From the NCBI GenBank assembly GCA_017621475.1, contig JAGATA010000002.1, forward strand, positions 14,625 to 78,624: a stretch of DNA of 64,000 nt. The letters are read 5' to 3'. Source of the DNA: Clostridia bacterium (GTDB lineage Bacteria > Bacillota > Clostridia > Oscillospirales > CAG-272). A program made the position numbers and the translations under genes. The stretch's first letter is position 1; each line of letters starts with the position of its first letter. This document shows, one piece after another, positions 1 through 9,305 of this stretch. The notes beneath the pieces are model-generated. The model was not told the origin of the DNA. It worked only from the letters and a program-made list of their open reading frames with translations, and ran no database searches.

Positions 1-41
1 TAATTATTATATCCCAATACTACAATCGGAGGTATCACATT

Positions 42-617
42 ATGAACAGAAGTGAACTCAAAACACTCGCAAAAGAATCCCTTAAAGGTAACTGGGGCAT
101 TGCTATCGGCGCTATGTTGCTCTATATGCTCATTACATACGTTCTCGGTGCAACGGCGATCGGTTCCATTTTCCTCGGCTTTATCGTTGCAGGCTACTGC
201 GCTGTAAACCTGAACCTCATCAGAACAAAGACGGCTAAGATCGAAGATCTCTTCAGCGGCTGCAAAAACTTTGTTACAAACTTTGTAGCTTATCTTCTTA
301 TGACGATCTTCACTGCACTCTGGACTCTTCTCTTCATCATTCCCGGTATCGTTAAGTCTTATTCCTATGCTATGACAATGTATATCCTTAACGACCACCC
401 CGAAATGAGCGCAAGCGAAGCTATCACAGAAAGCCGCAAGATGATGAACGGTCACAAGATGGAACTCTTTGTTCTTCACCTTTCCTTCCTCGGTTGGATC
501 ATCCTCTCCATTTTCACGTTCGGTATTCTCCTTCTCTATGTTGAGCCCTATATGCAGGCAACACAGGCTGCTTTCTACGAAAAGCTCAAAACTATGCCCG
601 TAATCGAAAACAACTGA
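42..617 (+). CDS. DUF975 family integral membrane protein
   Basis: 191-aa ORF with an RBS (cggagg) about 8 nt upstream. N-terminus MNRSELKTLAKESLKGNWG followed by several hydrophobic spans matches the pattern I associate with DUF975. Confidence 0.65.
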   Translation: MNRSELKTLAKESLKGNWGIAIGAMLLYMLITYVLGATAIGSIFLGFIVAGYCAVNLNLIRTKTAKIEDLFSGCKNFVTNFVAYLLMTIFTALWTLLFIIPGIVKSYSYAMTMYILNDHPEMSASEAITESRKMMNGHKMELFVLHLSFLGWIILSIFTFGILLLYVEPYMQATQAAFYEKLKTMPVIENN

Positions 618-624
618 ACATAAC

Positions 625-656
625 TAAAAAAACGCACCCGTGTGGGTGCGTTTTTT
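625..656. terminator. Bidirectional intrinsic terminator
   Basis: AAAAAAA-CGCACCC-GTGT-GGGTGCG-TTTTTT lies between convergent genes. Confidence 0.75.
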
Positions 657-659
657 CTA

Positions 660-1481
660 TCATTCTATAATAACCTTTTGGCAAGCGCCGATCTTTACGT
701 TTTCGTCACCGTTGGAGACCCAAACGTCCGTATCCGTGGGGTTATAATACATCTTTCCGTCCGCGGAAACGCGGATAGCCTTCATTGCCTGAGCATAGTC
801 GTAGACCTCGGCATTTGTACCGAACCAAATGTCGTATTCGTGCGCCGCAAGGACTTTGAGCTTTTCTTCAAACTCTTCCCATTTAACAGGAGAATTTGCG
901 TTGTCGAACTCATAGCTGTGACCCCAGATGTAGAGAAGTCCGCCCGCGCGCCACGGTGCTTTTTCCACGTTGTATATAAATCTTCTTATCGCATCTGCTG
1001 ATTCGTTATGGTGCGTCGTAGGGTTCCATTCAAGGAAATCATTCGGAAGCGCGAAGCTGTTGATAGCGGAGTTTACCGTTCTCGCGTAAACGATGCCGGC
1101 AGTTTTGAGCGCATGCTTTGTATCATCGGAGAAAGTACCGAAAGGATACGCAAAACCGCGAACTATCTCTCCCCAAACGGGCTCAATAGCTTCCCTGTCT
1201 TTGATAACTTCGTCATACTGAAGCTTCAAGGGCATCTTTTCAAGATGAGGGTGGGAGTATGCGTGCGAAGCTATTTCGTGCCCTGCATAAATTTCTTTAA
1301 GTGTTTCAAGGCTTATGGGGCGCTTGGGGTCGTGAAGCACTCTTGAATAAAGATTGAATGTGCATTTCATTCCGTACTTATTGAAAAGCTCTATCAAGCG
1401 AATGTCCTGCTCACCGCCGTCGTCGTAGCTAAACGTGCAGGCGTATCTTTTGCCGCCGGGATATCTGTCAAACAATACCAT
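660..1481 (-). CDS. Polysaccharide deacetylase (NodB-type) family protein
   Basis: 273 aa. Has a TFSYDDGGEQD motif (NodB motif 1 variant) and HEIASHAYSHPHL (His-His metal motif). No signal peptide. Confidence 0.7.
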   Translation of the reverse strand: MVLFDRYPGGKRYACTFSYDDGGEQDIRLIELFNKYGMKCTFNLYSRVLHDPKRPISLETLKEIYAGHEIASHAYSHPHLEKMPLKLQYDEVIKDREAIEPVWGEIVRGFAYPFGTFSDDTKHALKTAGIVYARTVNSAINSFALPNDFLEWNPTTHHNESADAIRRFIYNVEKAPWRAGGLLYIWGHSYEFDNANSPVKWEEFEEKLKVLAAHEYDIWFGTNAEVYDYAQAMKAIRVSADGKMYYNPTDTDVWVSNGDENVKIGACQKVIIE

Positions 1482-1637
1482 AATAAAATCTCCTTTGCAA
1501 TAAATATTATGTTTTACATTATTTATTCTACCACAAATATGAGGATTTTCAATAAAAATCGAATAAATTGCTTTACAAAAAGCGAATTTTATATTATTAT
1601 AATTATGTATAATATAACTTTTGGGAGGATACTAATT

Positions 1638-2654
1638 ATGAAAATATTGCTCACAGGCGGCGCAGGTTACATCGGCTCTCATACAGCTATCGAGCTTATG
1701 AACGCGGGCTATGAAATCGTTATCTGCGATGACTTTTCCAACAGCAAACCAGAATCCATAAAGAGAATCAAAAAGATCTCCGGTAAGGAGTTCCCTTTCT
1801 ATGAGATCGACGTGGCAAACAAGCCCGCGCTCGAAGAAGTTTTCGAAAAAGAAAACATCGGCACGGTAATCCACTTCGCAGGCTATAAAGCCGTTGGCGA
1901 ATCCGTTGCAAAGCCCGTTTCTTACTACAGAAACAACCTTGACACAACGCTCACGCTCATTGAAACAATGCAGAAATACGGCGTTAAAAACCTCATATTC
2001 AGCTCTTCCGCAACAGTTTACGGCGCTCCCGATGAAGTGCCGATCAAAGAAACAGCCGTTGTCGGCAGATGCACAAACCCCTACGGTTGGACAAAATATA
2101 TGATCGAACGCATCCTTGAAAGCGTTTGCGTTTCCGATAAAACGTTCTCCGCCGTGCTCCTTCGTTACTTCAACCCCGTTGGCGCGCATATCTCCGGTCT
2201 TATAGGTGAAGACCCCCAGGGTATCCCCAATAACCTTATGCCCTATATCTCTCAGGTTGCCGTTGGCAAGCTCAAAGAGGTAGGCGTTTTCGGTAACGAT
2301 TATCCCACAAAGGACGGCACGGGCGTACGCGACTATATCCACGTTGTTGACCTTGCAAAGGGTCACGTTGCCGCTGTTAAATATATCGAAAATAACGATG
2401 GTCTTGAAGTATTCAACCTTGGTACAAGCGTTGGTTACAGCGTTCTTGATATGATCCACGCTTTTGAAGAAGCAAATGGCATTAAGATTCCCTACCGCAT
2501 CACAGACCGCCGCCCCGGCGACATCGCGGAATGCTTTGCAGACGCTTCCAAAGCTAAAGAAAAGCTCGGCTGGCAGGCAGAGCTCGGCATCGTTGATATG
2601 TGCCGCGACACTTGGAGATGGCAGAAAAACAACCCCAACGGTTATTCCGAATAA
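1638..2654 (+). CDS. galE: UDP-glucose 4-epimerase
   Basis: MKILLTGGAGYIGSH Rossmann N-terminus and a YGWTK (YxxxK) catalytic motif. Start trimmed from 1509 to the ATG at 1638, preceded by GGGAGGA. Confidence 0.9.
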   Translation: MKILLTGGAGYIGSHTAIELMNAGYEIVICDDFSNSKPESIKRIKKISGKEFPFYEIDVANKPALEEVFEKENIGTVIHFAGYKAVGESVAKPVSYYRNNLDTTLTLIETMQKYGVKNLIFSSSATVYGAPDEVPIKETAVVGRCTNPYGWTKYMIERILESVCVSDKTFSAVLLRYFNPVGAHISGLIGEDPQGIPNNLMPYISQVAVGKLKEVGVFGNDYPTKDGTGVRDYIHVVDLAKGHVAAVKYIENNDGLEVFNLGTSVGYSVLDMIHAFEEANGIKIPYRITDRRPGDIAECFADASKAKEKLGWQAELGIVDMCRDTWRWQKNNPNGYSE

Positions 2655-2661
2655 GTGAAAA

Positions 2662-2705
2662 TTAACGCAAAAACTCCCGTTTACAAGCGGGAGTTTTTGC
2701 GTTAA
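2662..2705. terminator. Bidirectional intrinsic terminator
   Basis: TTAACGCAAAAACTCCCG-TTTACAA-GCGGGAGTTTTTGCGTTAA is a long perfect inverted repeat between convergent galE and the XRE regulator. Confidence 0.8.
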
Positions 2706-2716
2706 TTTTGCAATTT

Positions 2717-3877
2717 TTAAATATATCTTTCTCTTATTTCTTGAGCCTTACGGGTATATTCCGCAATGGTTTCATTTCCCTGCGCTTCTTTCATATGCTC
2801 GCCGTAATAGATAGCGCGTCGCAGACATTCAACCACCATTCCTACCCTCTTGCTTATATCCTCCGGAGAATCGTCCACACGGTCAAGCCCGTCGTCAAGA
2901 AGTAAAAGACTCGTACCTTTTGAGCCTCCCTCAAGAAAATCAAGATATTTTTCTGCGGTTTCAAGCGTTTCGCGGAAACATTCAATCGCACGCTCGGTTT
3001 TGCCAAGTCGCAGGTTTTCTTTTATAAGTCCCGTGACAAGCGACATCTTTTGAAATATCTGTCTGTGCGGCATATAATCGCCGCCCGTTAAAAACGCATT
3101 TATCATGCGGAGCATATATTCGTTAAACTCTACCTTTTCGGCAAGCGTTCTTCCCTGCATTTGAGCCATCAGCCGAATACAGCGTGATATAAATCTTGCG
3201 CTGATGGCGAAGCTTTCGCGGCAAAGCCTTTCGGCTTCTTCGCGCTCGCCCGCTTTTTCAAGAATTTCAGCCGCCCAATATCGATTATCACCGAGAAGAA
3301 AAGGCATTTGATTCAAAACTTCGTATGTTTTTTCTTTTCGACCCGTAAAGGCGTAGATAGAGGCAATATTATATCTCGTTTCATTGATAATATCCTCATC
3401 CTTGCAATGACGGAAGATACAATTTGCAAATCTTTCACATTCTTTAATAGCACTTTCCGCATCGGATGCAACAGATATTTGCTCCCACTTACATTCTGCA
3501 CGATCAAGTAAAAATCTTGCCGCGCGAACATCGTTCGGGTGAGAAGAAAAATATTCATACATAAGATCAAACGCACGTTGTGTATCCTGCGCTTTCGGCG
3601 GCCAGTTGCAAGAGATTGGCGTACCCTCTATTTCATAACATTTCGCGCGTATCGCTTCGAACTCCGTATTTTCGTCTTCCTTTGCAATTCCAAGCAAAAT
3701 ATCCGATGACACGGAAAGCTCGTGGGAAAGCGGCACGATCTGTGATATATCCGGCATACCAACATCCGTTTCCCACTTAGATATCGCCTGCATACTAACG
3801 CCGATCGCTTCCGCAAGTTCAAGCTGGGTGAGCCCCGCTTCTTTTCTGTACTTTTTAAGTCTTTGACCAAATGTCAT
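2717..3877 (-). CDS. XRE-family HTH regulator with a long all-helical (TPR-like) C-terminal domain
   Basis: N-terminus MTFGQRLKKYRKEAGLTQLELAEAIGVSMQAISKWETD is a classic HTH_3 domain. It is followed by about 310 aa of helical repeat-like sequence. Confidence 0.8.
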   Translation of the reverse strand: MTFGQRLKKYRKEAGLTQLELAEAIGVSMQAISKWETDVGMPDISQIVPLSHELSVSSDILLGIAKEDENTEFEAIRAKCYEIEGTPISCNWPPKAQDTQRAFDLMYEYFSSHPNDVRAARFLLDRAECKWEQISVASDAESAIKECERFANCIFRHCKDEDIINETRYNIASIYAFTGRKEKTYEVLNQMPFLLGDNRYWAAEILEKAGEREEAERLCRESFAISARFISRCIRLMAQMQGRTLAEKVEFNEYMLRMINAFLTGGDYMPHRQIFQKMSLVTGLIKENLRLGKTERAIECFRETLETAEKYLDFLEGGSKGTSLLLLDDGLDRVDDSPEDISKRVGMVVECLRRAIYYGEHMKEAQGNETIAEYTRKAQEIRERYI

Positions 3878-3955
3878 TTGTAATCACTCCTTCTTATTTT
3901 GATGTCTTAATTGTATCATCAAGGAAAAGCAAAATCTACAAACCAAAAAGAAAAC

Positions 3956-3980
3956 AAAACTCCACGTTCCGTGGAGTTTT
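3956..3980 (-). terminator. Intrinsic terminator downstream of htpG
   Basis: AAAACTCCACG-TTC-CGTGGAGTTTT. On the minus strand it is followed by GTTTTCTTTTT. Confidence 0.65.
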
Positions 3981-4065
3981 GCCGTTTTATTTAGAAGCTA
4001 TACACCAAATAGAACTTTGCCCTTAGTGAAGTCCTCCTGCACACCTTTCTTGCAAGAAAGGTGTG

Positions 4066-5982
4066 TTACATAAGCTCGCAGATCATATTGCTGAGCTCTG
4101 TGGGGTTTTCCACGGGCAAGCCGCTGATAAGGCGAGCCATCGTGTAAAGTATCTTCGCGTAAGAAGCCACCTTTTCCTTTTCGCCCGTGGCAAACAAGCC
4201 TTTAAGAGTTGTAGCCACCGCGTGAGCGCCGTTTATTTCAAGCACAGTTTCTGCCTTGGGCGCGTTTTCGTTGCCGGGCATTTGAGAGAGGACTTTTTCC
4301 ATCTCCGTGGAGATGCCGCCCTCGCTGGAAAGGCAAACGGGATGGTCTTTAAGCGTATTGGTAAATTTAACTGCCGTTACGGAAGCTTCGCCTATGCTTT
4401 CTTTCATAAACGCAAGAAGCTCTGCCGCACTTTCGTTTTCAGCTTTGAGCTGTTCTTTTTCTTCGTCCGTGGAAATATCGAGCTTGTCGTCGCATACGTT
4501 GATGAACTCTTTGTCATCGTATTTCATAAGTGTGCGAAGCGCAAATTCATCGATATTTTCCGTAAGATAAAGCACCTCGTAGCCTTTTGCTTTCACAGCT
4601 TCCGTTTTGGGAAGCATATCGATAAGGTCAACACTGTCGCCGCAAGCATAGTAGATGCTCTTCTGCTCCTCTTTCATACGGGAAACGTATTCTTTAAGCG
4701 TTACGTATTTCTTTTCTTCGGAGGACTTGAACATCAAAAGATCCTGCAAAATGTCCTTGTGCTTGCCGAAATCGGAGTAGATACCGTATTTAAGCTGAGA
4801 GCCGAATTCTTTAAAGAATTCCTCGTACTTTTCCCTATCATTTTCGAGCATTTTGAGAAGCTCGTTTTTGATCTTCTTTTCAACAGACTTTGCAATAGCC
4901 TTGAGCTGGTGGTCGTGCTGGAGCATTTCACGGGAAATATTGAGGGAAAGATCCTCGCTGTCCACAAGACCCTTTACAAAATTGAAGTAATCGGGCAAAA
5001 GGTCAGCGCATTTTTCCATAATCATAACACCTGCGGAATAAAGCTGCAAACCTTTTTCAAAATCCTTGGAATAGTAGTTGTATGGCGCTCTTTTGGGGAT
5101 AAAGAGAAGAGTTTCATATGTGAAAGTTCCTTCGGTTTTGGAACGTATTACCTTTGCGGGGGCTTCATAATCGTAGAATTTTTCGCGGTAGAAGCTTGCA
5201 TATTCCTCCTCCGTCACTTCGTCGGAGGATTTGTGCCAGATAGGAACCATACTGTTGAGCGTATCCGTATCCTCGTAAGTTTCGTATTTGGGAGCATCGC
5301 TGTTTGCTTTTTCCGCGTCCTCGCTCTCATTTTTGATGAGCCTTGTTTTTTCCACATTCATCACGATGGGGTAGCGGATGTAATCGGAGTATTTTTTGAT
5401 AAGCTCACGTATGCGGTATTCGTCGAGGAATTCGCTGTATTTTTCTTCTTCCGTGTCGGGCTTGATGTGAAGCACGATCTCAGAGCCGAAGGAAGCGTAA
5501 TCGCAGGGGGCGATGGTGTAGCCGTCCGCCCCTTCGGATTCCCAAACGTAAGCGGCATCCGAACCGATAGCACGGCTCTTAACGGTGATCTTGTCGCTCA
5601 CCATAAATGCGGAGTAAAAGCCTACGCCGAACTGACCGATAATATCTATGCCATCCTGCTTGCCGTTTTCGTTTTTGAAATCGAGAGAGCCGCTTTTTGC
5701 GATAGTGCCGAGGTTGTTTTCAAGCTCGTCCTGTGTCATACCGCAGCCGTTATCGCGGATGGTGATGGTGTTTTCTTCTTTATTTCTTATAATTTCTATT
5801 TTATATTCGCTTCTGTCAAGTCCAAGAGAACTTTCCGTAAGAGCGCGGAAAGCGCGTTTGTCAATAGCGTCGCTTGCGTTGGAGATAAGCTCGCGAAGGA
5901 AAATTTCCTTGTGAGTGTAGATGGAGTTTATCATCATATCAAGCATCTTTTTTGATTCGGTTTTAAAAGCTTTCTTTTCCAT
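4066..5982 (-). CDS. htpG: Molecular chaperone HtpG (Hsp90)
   Basis: 638 aa. Has ELISNASDAIDK (ATP-lid motif) and GQFGVGFYSAF, and is full length. Confidence 0.95.
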   Translation of the reverse strand: MEKKAFKTESKKMLDMMINSIYTHKEIFLRELISNASDAIDKRAFRALTESSLGLDRSEYKIEIIRNKEENTITIRDNGCGMTQDELENNLGTIAKSGSLDFKNENGKQDGIDIIGQFGVGFYSAFMVSDKITVKSRAIGSDAAYVWESEGADGYTIAPCDYASFGSEIVLHIKPDTEEEKYSEFLDEYRIRELIKKYSDYIRYPIVMNVEKTRLIKNESEDAEKANSDAPKYETYEDTDTLNSMVPIWHKSSDEVTEEEYASFYREKFYDYEAPAKVIRSKTEGTFTYETLLFIPKRAPYNYYSKDFEKGLQLYSAGVMIMEKCADLLPDYFNFVKGLVDSEDLSLNISREMLQHDHQLKAIAKSVEKKIKNELLKMLENDREKYEEFFKEFGSQLKYGIYSDFGKHKDILQDLLMFKSSEEKKYVTLKEYVSRMKEEQKSIYYACGDSVDLIDMLPKTEAVKAKGYEVLYLTENIDEFALRTLMKYDDKEFINVCDDKLDISTDEEKEQLKAENESAAELLAFMKESIGEASVTAVKFTNTLKDHPVCLSSEGGISTEMEKVLSQMPGNENAPKAETVLEINGAHAVATTLKGLFATGEKEKVASYAKILYTMARLISGLPVENPTELSNMICELM

Positions 5983-6023
5983 TTTTTTAATATCCTTTCA
6001 GTAAAGATTTGACTTTATTAAAA

Positions 6024-6052
6024 ATTGTAATCCTTTTTATATAAAAAGTCAA
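6024..6052 (-). promoter_or_regulatory. Sigma-A type promoter for htpG
   Basis: Minus strand reads TTGACT-17 nt-TACAAT, about 35 nt upstream of the htpG ATG region. Confidence 0.5.
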
Positions 6053-6150
6053 GCGATTTTCAAGTTTTTTAAATGAATATTTACAGATTATTCAAGAATA
6101 AAGCTTCGACAACAGCAACCTGCAATAAATCAGGCGGGTCGAACGATTAC

Positions 6151-6179
6151 AAAAAGGACGAGTAAAACTCGTCCTTTTT
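6151..6179 (-). terminator. Intrinsic terminator after the PnuC-like gene
   Basis: AAAAAGGACGAG-TAAAA-CTCGTCCTTTTT. Confidence 0.75.
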
Positions 6180-6197
6180 GGCAGTAGCAGGCTATTT

Positions 6198-6878
6198 TCA
6201 AACGTTTTCGCATTTCTGCGTTTTGTATTTGCGTGTCCAGTTTACAGACGCTTTTGCAACCATAAAAAGATTATAGCAAGAAATTATAAGATAATTTATG
6301 TTGCTCGGATTTCCCACACAGATAAGCGCCCACATCGTAACGGCAGAGGCGCAGTTTACAATGTTTATATGCTGGGATTCCACGTATCTGAACGCGGCAA
6401 GGAACGAAACCACCACGCCAATGGTAAACTGAAGCGTATCGAATACAGGGTACGTTGCGGTCTTGAAAAATACTGCAAGCCCGAAATAGCAAAGCGCCCA
6501 TCCCGAAAGTATCACGCCGATAACAAAGCAAAGGCGCTTTATTCCGAGAGTTTTCAGCTTTGTATCGCCCGAAGCATTTTTCTTTCTGCTCCAGTTGAAA
6601 AAGGAGTATATCTGTATCGGTGCGGAAATTGCGAGCGCGGACACTGCGGAAAAATAAAGTCCCTCCGTAAGATATACAGCTCCGTATATCGCGGCATTTA
6701 CACCGCCGAGAAGAAACGCATATCTGTTTGCACGCACAAGAAGTATCTGCACAATAAGCGTAACGAGCGTGGGCAAGGTCTTAAAAAAGCTCTGTTCCTT
6801 GATGAATGCAAAAATTATTATAAGCGTCGCCGCAAGCGCCATAGGAACGTAATCTATAAATATTTTTTTGAGTTTCAT
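6198..6878 (-). CDS. pnuC: PnuC-like (nicotinamide riboside transporter family) membrane protein
   Basis: 226 aa with about 7 TM spans. IQIYSFFNWSRKK and VNWTRKY tryptophan-containing motifs resemble PnuC. Substrate is not inferable. Confidence 0.5.
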   Translation of the reverse strand: MKLKKIFIDYVPMALAATLIIIFAFIKEQSFFKTLPTLVTLIVQILLVRANRYAFLLGGVNAAIYGAVYLTEGLYFSAVSALAISAPIQIYSFFNWSRKKNASGDTKLKTLGIKRLCFVIGVILSGWALCYFGLAVFFKTATYPVFDTLQFTIGVVVSFLAAFRYVESQHINIVNCASAVTMWALICVGNPSNINYLIISCYNLFMVAKASVNWTRKYKTQKCENV

Positions 6879-6893
6879 TTTGACTTATCTCTA

Positions 6894-9107
6894 TCAAGCA
6901 AATTTCTTAAGCTTAAAGATAAATGTCTTGAAATCGCCGGGCATTCTTCCGTCTGCTGTTTTAAGATTTATAACAAGACCCACGTTCATTATCGTAGCAC
7001 CGGAAAGGCGCATTTTAAGACCGTATTCCTCGTTTATAACCTCATAAATTGCGTTCTTGGCAAGTCCGCGGGGGTAGATGCGCTTGTGCTCGTCATTCGG
7101 GCGGCACAGCGCACGCATAACCGTGATATGAGCACGGCTCTTATCTTTGGAAACGATCATCTGTGCAAAATAATTCGATTCAAATGTGTTTTCGAGTCTG
7201 TAAAGGTCACCCTCGAGCACAAGATCCTGCATTTCCTTATAGTCCGCAACCTGAGTTTTTACTTCCCCTATTTCCTCGGGAGTTATCTTTGTGGTATCAA
7301 GCTCATATCCCGTTGCGCCAAGATGAGCAATATCCGCGCGCGTTTTGAACGGAAGAGTTCTGTTCGTCTGGTGGTTAGGGCAGATGGACGTATGGCAGGA
7401 GATCGCGGAAAGCGGATAGAATATGGACGTGCCGTGCTGTATCTGCGTGCGCATATACGCGTCGGTATCATCGCTCGCCCAGATCTGCGGGAAATAGTAA
7501 AGTACCGCGGGGTCAAAGCGTCCGCCGCCGCCCGCGCAGCCCTCAAAGAAGATATGCGGGAAGCCGTTTACAAGACGCTCGCAAATATCATAAAAGCCGA
7601 GAGCATAGCGATGGTGCAGTTCCTGCTCTCTTTCCGCAGGAAGCGCACGGGAGAAGTTTTCCGTGAGCGCACGGTTAAAGTCCCATTTAACGTAATCTAT
7701 TTCATTTTCGCGGAGTATCTTAGAAACAGCCTCCACTATGTAATCACGAACGTCTGCGCGCGTAATATCGAGCACAAGCTGTCTGCGTGCAACGCAAGGT
7801 TCGACACCCGGCACACTTATTGCCCAATCGGGATGCGCGCGGAAAAGGTCGCTGTCCGGGTTGACCATTTCGGGCTCGAACCATATACCGAATTTCATTC
7901 CCGCGTTGTGTGCATGATCGATAACGGGTTTCAGCCCTTCGGGATAAACATCCTTTGAAACGACCCAGTCGCCAAGGCCCGCACGGTCGTTTCTGCGCGC
8001 GCCAAACCAACCGTCATCAAGCACAAAAGTATCTATGCCCGTTCCCTTGACCGCATCTATAATAGGCATAAGGCGCGTGGGAGATGGGTCAAAATAAACC
8101 GCTTCCCAGCTATTGATAACTATAGGGCGGGGTTTCTTTACGTATCGGGGATTTATAAGGTGATTTCTATACGCATCGTGAAGCTCACGCGACATACCGC
8201 CGATACCCTCGTCCGAGAAAGCGAGCACAGCTTCGGGTGTAGCAAATGTTTCGCCCGCACCAAGCACCCAACAGAAATCAAAATCGTTTATACCGCCGGT
8301 AAGGCGCGTATAGCCCTTCGTGCTCACCTGCGCTTTAAGCGCAAAGGAGGAGGAATATATGAGGCTCACACCGAGGGCGTTTCCGCGGTCTTCCGTCGTA
8401 TCCTTGTCAAGCAAAGCAAAGGCAGGCGCGTGATGGCGCGTAGAAGAACCGGATTTTTCGTCTATCATAAGAGTTCCGTGAGGGAGGTGTGTGCGCTCGG
8501 GTCTGTTCTCTCTTGCCCAAGCGTTCTCCAATGTAAGCAGGTCGTGGTCGTTTCCGTAAACATCGAGCGCAAAGCTGTATGCGCGAAGTATCTTCACGCT
8601 CTCTGCCGTCCTGTTTTCAGCCTCCATGCGGCGCGCCACAACAGCGGCGTCATCGTAAACCGTGTAGAAAAGATGTACACGCATTTCGGAATTTTTATCT
8701 TTAAGTGTAAGCTTCAGAGTTTCGCCCCCGCGCATAGATGGCATGCCCGAAATCGCAGGCTTTTCGGGGAGTATTTCGTGTGTTTCGTAATTAAAATCGT
8801 TAATTCTGCTTCCGTTTCCAAAAAGCATGGCAAAGGAGCATTCGCGTAATTCGCCGTTGCCGTAAACGGAAAACTCACTGCGGTATAAGTTATAGGATTT
8901 TCCTCCAGCGTGTACCTGTCCGGGAAGCGCCGCCTCTGCGGAATCGCCGATATTATGTTCCGTCGTATAGCGAAGGTCGTCGCGGCCGATACGCGTACCA
9001 AAATAATAATGTTCCGGGAAATTCGTTTCATTTATGCCGAAAACGTAGGATATTCCCTTTCCTTCAAGGTAAAAAGTTTTTGTTTCTTCATTATAAAAAA
9101 CAGCCAT
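6894..9107 (-). CDS. Alpha-galactosidase, GH36
   Basis: 737 aa. Has FVLDDGWFGARRNDRAGLGDW and KWDFN motifs typical of AgaA/GH36. Confidence 0.9.
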   Translation of the reverse strand: MAVFYNEETKTFYLEGKGISYVFGINETNFPEHYYFGTRIGRDDLRYTTEHNIGDSAEAALPGQVHAGGKSYNLYRSEFSVYGNGELRECSFAMLFGNGSRINDFNYETHEILPEKPAISGMPSMRGGETLKLTLKDKNSEMRVHLFYTVYDDAAVVARRMEAENRTAESVKILRAYSFALDVYGNDHDLLTLENAWARENRPERTHLPHGTLMIDEKSGSSTRHHAPAFALLDKDTTEDRGNALGVSLIYSSSFALKAQVSTKGYTRLTGGINDFDFCWVLGAGETFATPEAVLAFSDEGIGGMSRELHDAYRNHLINPRYVKKPRPIVINSWEAVYFDPSPTRLMPIIDAVKGTGIDTFVLDDGWFGARRNDRAGLGDWVVSKDVYPEGLKPVIDHAHNAGMKFGIWFEPEMVNPDSDLFRAHPDWAISVPGVEPCVARRQLVLDITRADVRDYIVEAVSKILRENEIDYVKWDFNRALTENFSRALPAEREQELHHRYALGFYDICERLVNGFPHIFFEGCAGGGGRFDPAVLYYFPQIWASDDTDAYMRTQIQHGTSIFYPLSAISCHTSICPNHQTNRTLPFKTRADIAHLGATGYELDTTKITPEEIGEVKTQVADYKEMQDLVLEGDLYRLENTFESNYFAQMIVSKDKSRAHITVMRALCRPNDEHKRIYPRGLAKNAIYEVINEEYGLKMRLSGATIMNVGLVINLKTADGRMPGDFKTFIFKLKKFA

Positions 9108-9305
9108 AGTATATTCCTTTCAAAAGGCTTTTTCTGTTTAAATAATACCATTCAGCAACCAAAAAGTCAACATAAACACCAATTTATAGAAAATTTACAA
9201 AGTAAAATTTTATAAATACATTGCATAAGCAATTTTTATATGATATAATGAGCATATAAAGTTTGTAAGAAGCAAACACAACATTTTATTGGAGGATTGA
9301 TTATT

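Noticed and set aside
3878-4065. I searched for a quorum-peptide micro-ORF next to the HTH-TPR regulator.
   Set aside because: Candidates are a TTG-started 27-codon ORF on the plus strand and a 5-codon ORF on the minus strand. Both lack Shine-Dalgarno sequences and overlap terminator hairpins.
4063-5955. A 630-aa ORF lies on the plus strand exactly antisense to htpG. Similar very long antisense ORFs occur at 6369-7958, 9210-10157, 19493-20575, 25996-27195, 36914-38914, 57660-58784 and 58791-60167.
   Set aside because: Their translations are low-complexity and Phe/Cys/Val/Lys-rich, with no motifs and no RBS. They always mirror a well-supported gene in the same codon phase. The genes here rarely use TTA, CTA and TCA codons, which removes stop codons from the antisense frame. 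This is a codon-usage artefact, not overlapping genes.
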